DNA of 64,000 nucleotides from Kondoa subrosea (Eukaryota): NCBI GenBank assembly GCA_039545335.1, contig BCIN01000002.1, positions 2,262,678 to 2,326,677 of the forward strand, read 5' to 3'. Shown piece by piece: positions 61,342 to 64,000 of this stretch (position 1 is its first letter; each line of letters starts with the position of its first letter). The notes under the pieces were generated by a model. It saw only the letters and a program-made list of their open reading frames with translations, ran no database searches and was not told where the DNA came from. The position numbers and the translations under genes were made by a program.

Positions 61342-64000
61342 ATGCCAAAGCGAAGCATGAGCGATACCCCAATTTTATTAGAGGAACTCGTAGCAGCTTC
61401 GCAAGAGCCAGCCTGTGTCTTTCGCTTAGACGCGGCCTCGCTCCCTACTTTGGTTCATCAGTCGCCCACCTGCAATCCGGCGCTTCTCTATTGTTTGTTG
61501 AACTCGAGTCTCGCAAGAGACCTGTCCTGTGAGAACTTCAAAACAAGTCTGCCTGAATACTCCGTGGAATGGTCCCTGATCAATTTGAGAGGAGGAACAT
61601 TACGCTATGCTAGAGCGCACTTGACAGCGTTGTCAAAATCTCAAATCTGCCTTCAAGCCTGGTCTAATTACACTGTCCCCGGCCTCTCTGACGATGTCTA
61701 CCAAGCACATCTGAATCTCATCAAGAGCTTTGATTGGTCTAAAACCCCTCTGGGCTCAATGGACACCTGGACACCAACGTTGCTTTCTTACGTTGGAAAT
61801 TGTTTAGCTTGTGAGCTTCTATGTGCAAAGTAGCAGCAAGATACTGATGGATCATGAAAGCTCCCTTTCCTGTGTATGCCAATCTACATCCTTGTTGCAT
61901 CACTTATTGACAGTATTCTCAGTCTTTTGGCCTGGGGTCCATCTCACGTCCTTATTTATAATGAGTTCTATGCCCGCAATGTACATCAAAAGCATCCGAG
62001 AATATTGGGAATGAACTATCGTGAAGCTTGGCCTGAGGTAACGAATGCACCAGGATAATAGCGTCCTCGCCGTCTTATGTATTCGTTTCTTGTCAGGTTT
62101 GGTCTTATTTGGAGGCTCCCGTAGCTCTCGCAATGCAGGGCAAAACAACATACGCTGAAGATACGCAGATGTTCCTGCAAAGAGGGGAATTACTTGAAGA
62201 GTGGTGAGTCAACAATATCACTCCCGCCAAAGTAGGCTGATTTCACTCCATTGTGGAAAACAGTTATTTTTCGTGGAGTATGATACCCATTCGTAACGAG
62301 CAGCAAGAAGTCTGCGCCATCTCAATACCAAATTTCGATCGAACCAAAGCTTTTATTGGTCAACGGAGAATCAATTTTCTGCGTGATTTCGGCCTTCGTC
62401 TCTCACTGGCTACCACTCTTGAAGACTTATATCGGGAAGCAATAATAGCTGTTCGCGAGCTCCGGGTGGATTTTCCAGCCGTCGTCTTCTACGATTGTAG
62501 TGCATCCAGCACCGCGATGAGCAGCGCATCCGCTATGTCGTCTGATTCGGATACCAAGAGTCGGACATCCACATCAGACAGCTTAAGAAGTGCAGACTCA
62601 GAACCCGTCCAGTACCAATACTTTCTTGTCGACTCCTTTGGTTTTCCGGTTGAGGATCATACCATGTGCCCATCTACAATCGATTCACAGACTGATCAAA
62701 ACAGGTCGAAGCACCGCGAAACACCACAAACCAATCCTTCTTCTCAACCATCTTTACGCTCTTATGTACTCAAAGCTCAATCATCAAAAACCATTCAAGT
62801 CATTAGCCCAGAAGATACGCGCTGCTTTGCGGAAAGAATGGCGAGGACATCTCTCGGCGATCAAATTAATCAAATTGTGCTATTGCCAATACGAACAAAC
62901 GATAACAAATTGAGATCCATTGCTGTCATCGGATTAAATCCTCGCAAGGGATTGGATCAAGACTATGCAACATTCTTGGAAGTGTTTGCTCAGGGCTTTA
63001 GCGTAGGTCAGCCGTGCGTTCAGCTGTTCCCGTCTCATATATCGAAAAGAGCGCGCTCGCAAGCATTTTGCTTCACTCGGAAGAAGTTCGACGGTCGCAC
63101 GCTTTAGCTAGCTTGAATAAGCAAAAGAACGATGAACTGCAAACACTTTTAGCTGCAAGAACTGCTGAACTCAACTCCTCTGAAGCGCGATTCGAAATGA
63201 TGGCCTCGATATCGTGAGTCATAACCTTTTGATCAATTGTTTTTCCTAGACTCACACGTACGACAATAGACCTGCAGGTATCTTCATGTCCAACAGTCAA
63301 GAAGTCATTTATGCCAATGATGCGTGTGAGTCTTGCGACCTTCACTTTTGGCGTACGACTAATCTTCTTGGCTAGGGTATGCCATAAGTGGCGTACCACG
63401 CGGTGATGTCAAGCAGTTCATGGACTATGTGCATCCAGATGATTTAGCCTTTGCCATCGATGTCTGGTCAAATGCACATACAACCGATATCCCAGCTGTG
63501 CCTTGCGAGTTCCGCTGGAAGGTTCCAGCGGGGGAAGAAGAGCGTTGGTCGATGGCGATCTCGAAACCAGCTATAGACGAAGTTAGCTTTTCCTACAACC
63601 CCGAGCTTCTGTTGACTGAATGTGCACCCGCGATAGCACGGAAATATCCTATTTATTGCTGGATGTATTCTCGATATAAGTCAGCGCAAACTAGTGGAAC
63701 GCCTGCAATCGAAAAGGGTGTTAGAAGCAGAAGAGCACAAGCGGCAGCAGAACGCTTTCCTTGATATGACCTCGCACGAACTTCGTAATCCGTAAGCCAA
63801 AGCGGAACCTTATTCCTTCTTATCTGATTTCCTTCTAGCTTGGGAGCGATATATTTGGCTTCCGATCACGCATCAGAGCTATTAGATGGGCTCTTGGATG
63901 GCCTGACAGCGTCTAGCAAAGTGCATTCGCAGGCGACCGAATGCCTTGGCGATCTCAAGATTATCGCGCACTGCACTCAGCATATGACACGTTTGATAGA
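61342..64000 (+). CDS. Hybrid sensor histidine kinase (PAS/GAF-like + HisKA), 3' truncated by the window
   Basis: FDWSKTPLGSMDTW, WGPSHVLIYNE, EAWPEVW, YFSWSMIPI, GLNPRK, VHPDD, H-box RFLDMTSHELRNP. Confidence 0.93.

Noticed and set aside
1..64000. Secondary-metabolite cluster, TPP riboswitch, tRNA/rRNA, CRISPR array or intact transposon
   Set aside because: No backbone synthase, riboswitch core, tRNA arms, spacer array, transposase or RT motifs seen by eye; ERG9 neighbours are unrelated housekeeping genes.

Overview
Gene-dense eukaryotic DNA from a fungus, most likely a basidiomycete. It has many ~45-70 nt GT-AG introns, micro-exons and very short intergenic spaces; the taxonomy is inferred from gene style only. 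About 37 genes or gene relics were assembled by hand from exons. Housekeeping genes: DHA2 MFS transporter, MGR2/ROMO1, nucleoside hydrolase, ERG9, CK2 alpha, REX1-type exonuclease, SUT/SLC45 permease, SmE, tRNA m3C methyltransferase, GH2 beta-mannosidase, AAR2, PHO8, CTL-like transporter, TFB3, an SDR, ATG5 and a hybrid histidine kinase running off the end. The notable features are: (1) an inverted duplication of a deaminase/F-box-LRR module bracketing 39-52 kb, in which both RIB2-type zinc deaminases stay intact (~86% identical by manual alignment) while their F-box partners are frameshifted or decayed; (2) an intronless ORF with an R-S-QxE ADP-ribosyltransferase-toxin-like signature; (3) a secreted, multi-Kex2-site, CC-repeat polyprotein with an unknown C-terminal domain; (4) a SUZ12-like ZnF+VEFS protein; (5) phytochelatin synthase 47 bp head-to-head with AAR2; (6) a Crh-like GH16 lacking the catalytic motif; (7) a secreted IFI6/ISG12-motif protein. 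No tRNA, rRNA, CRISPR array or intact transposon was recognised. All exon joins and family calls are by eye and unverified by searches.
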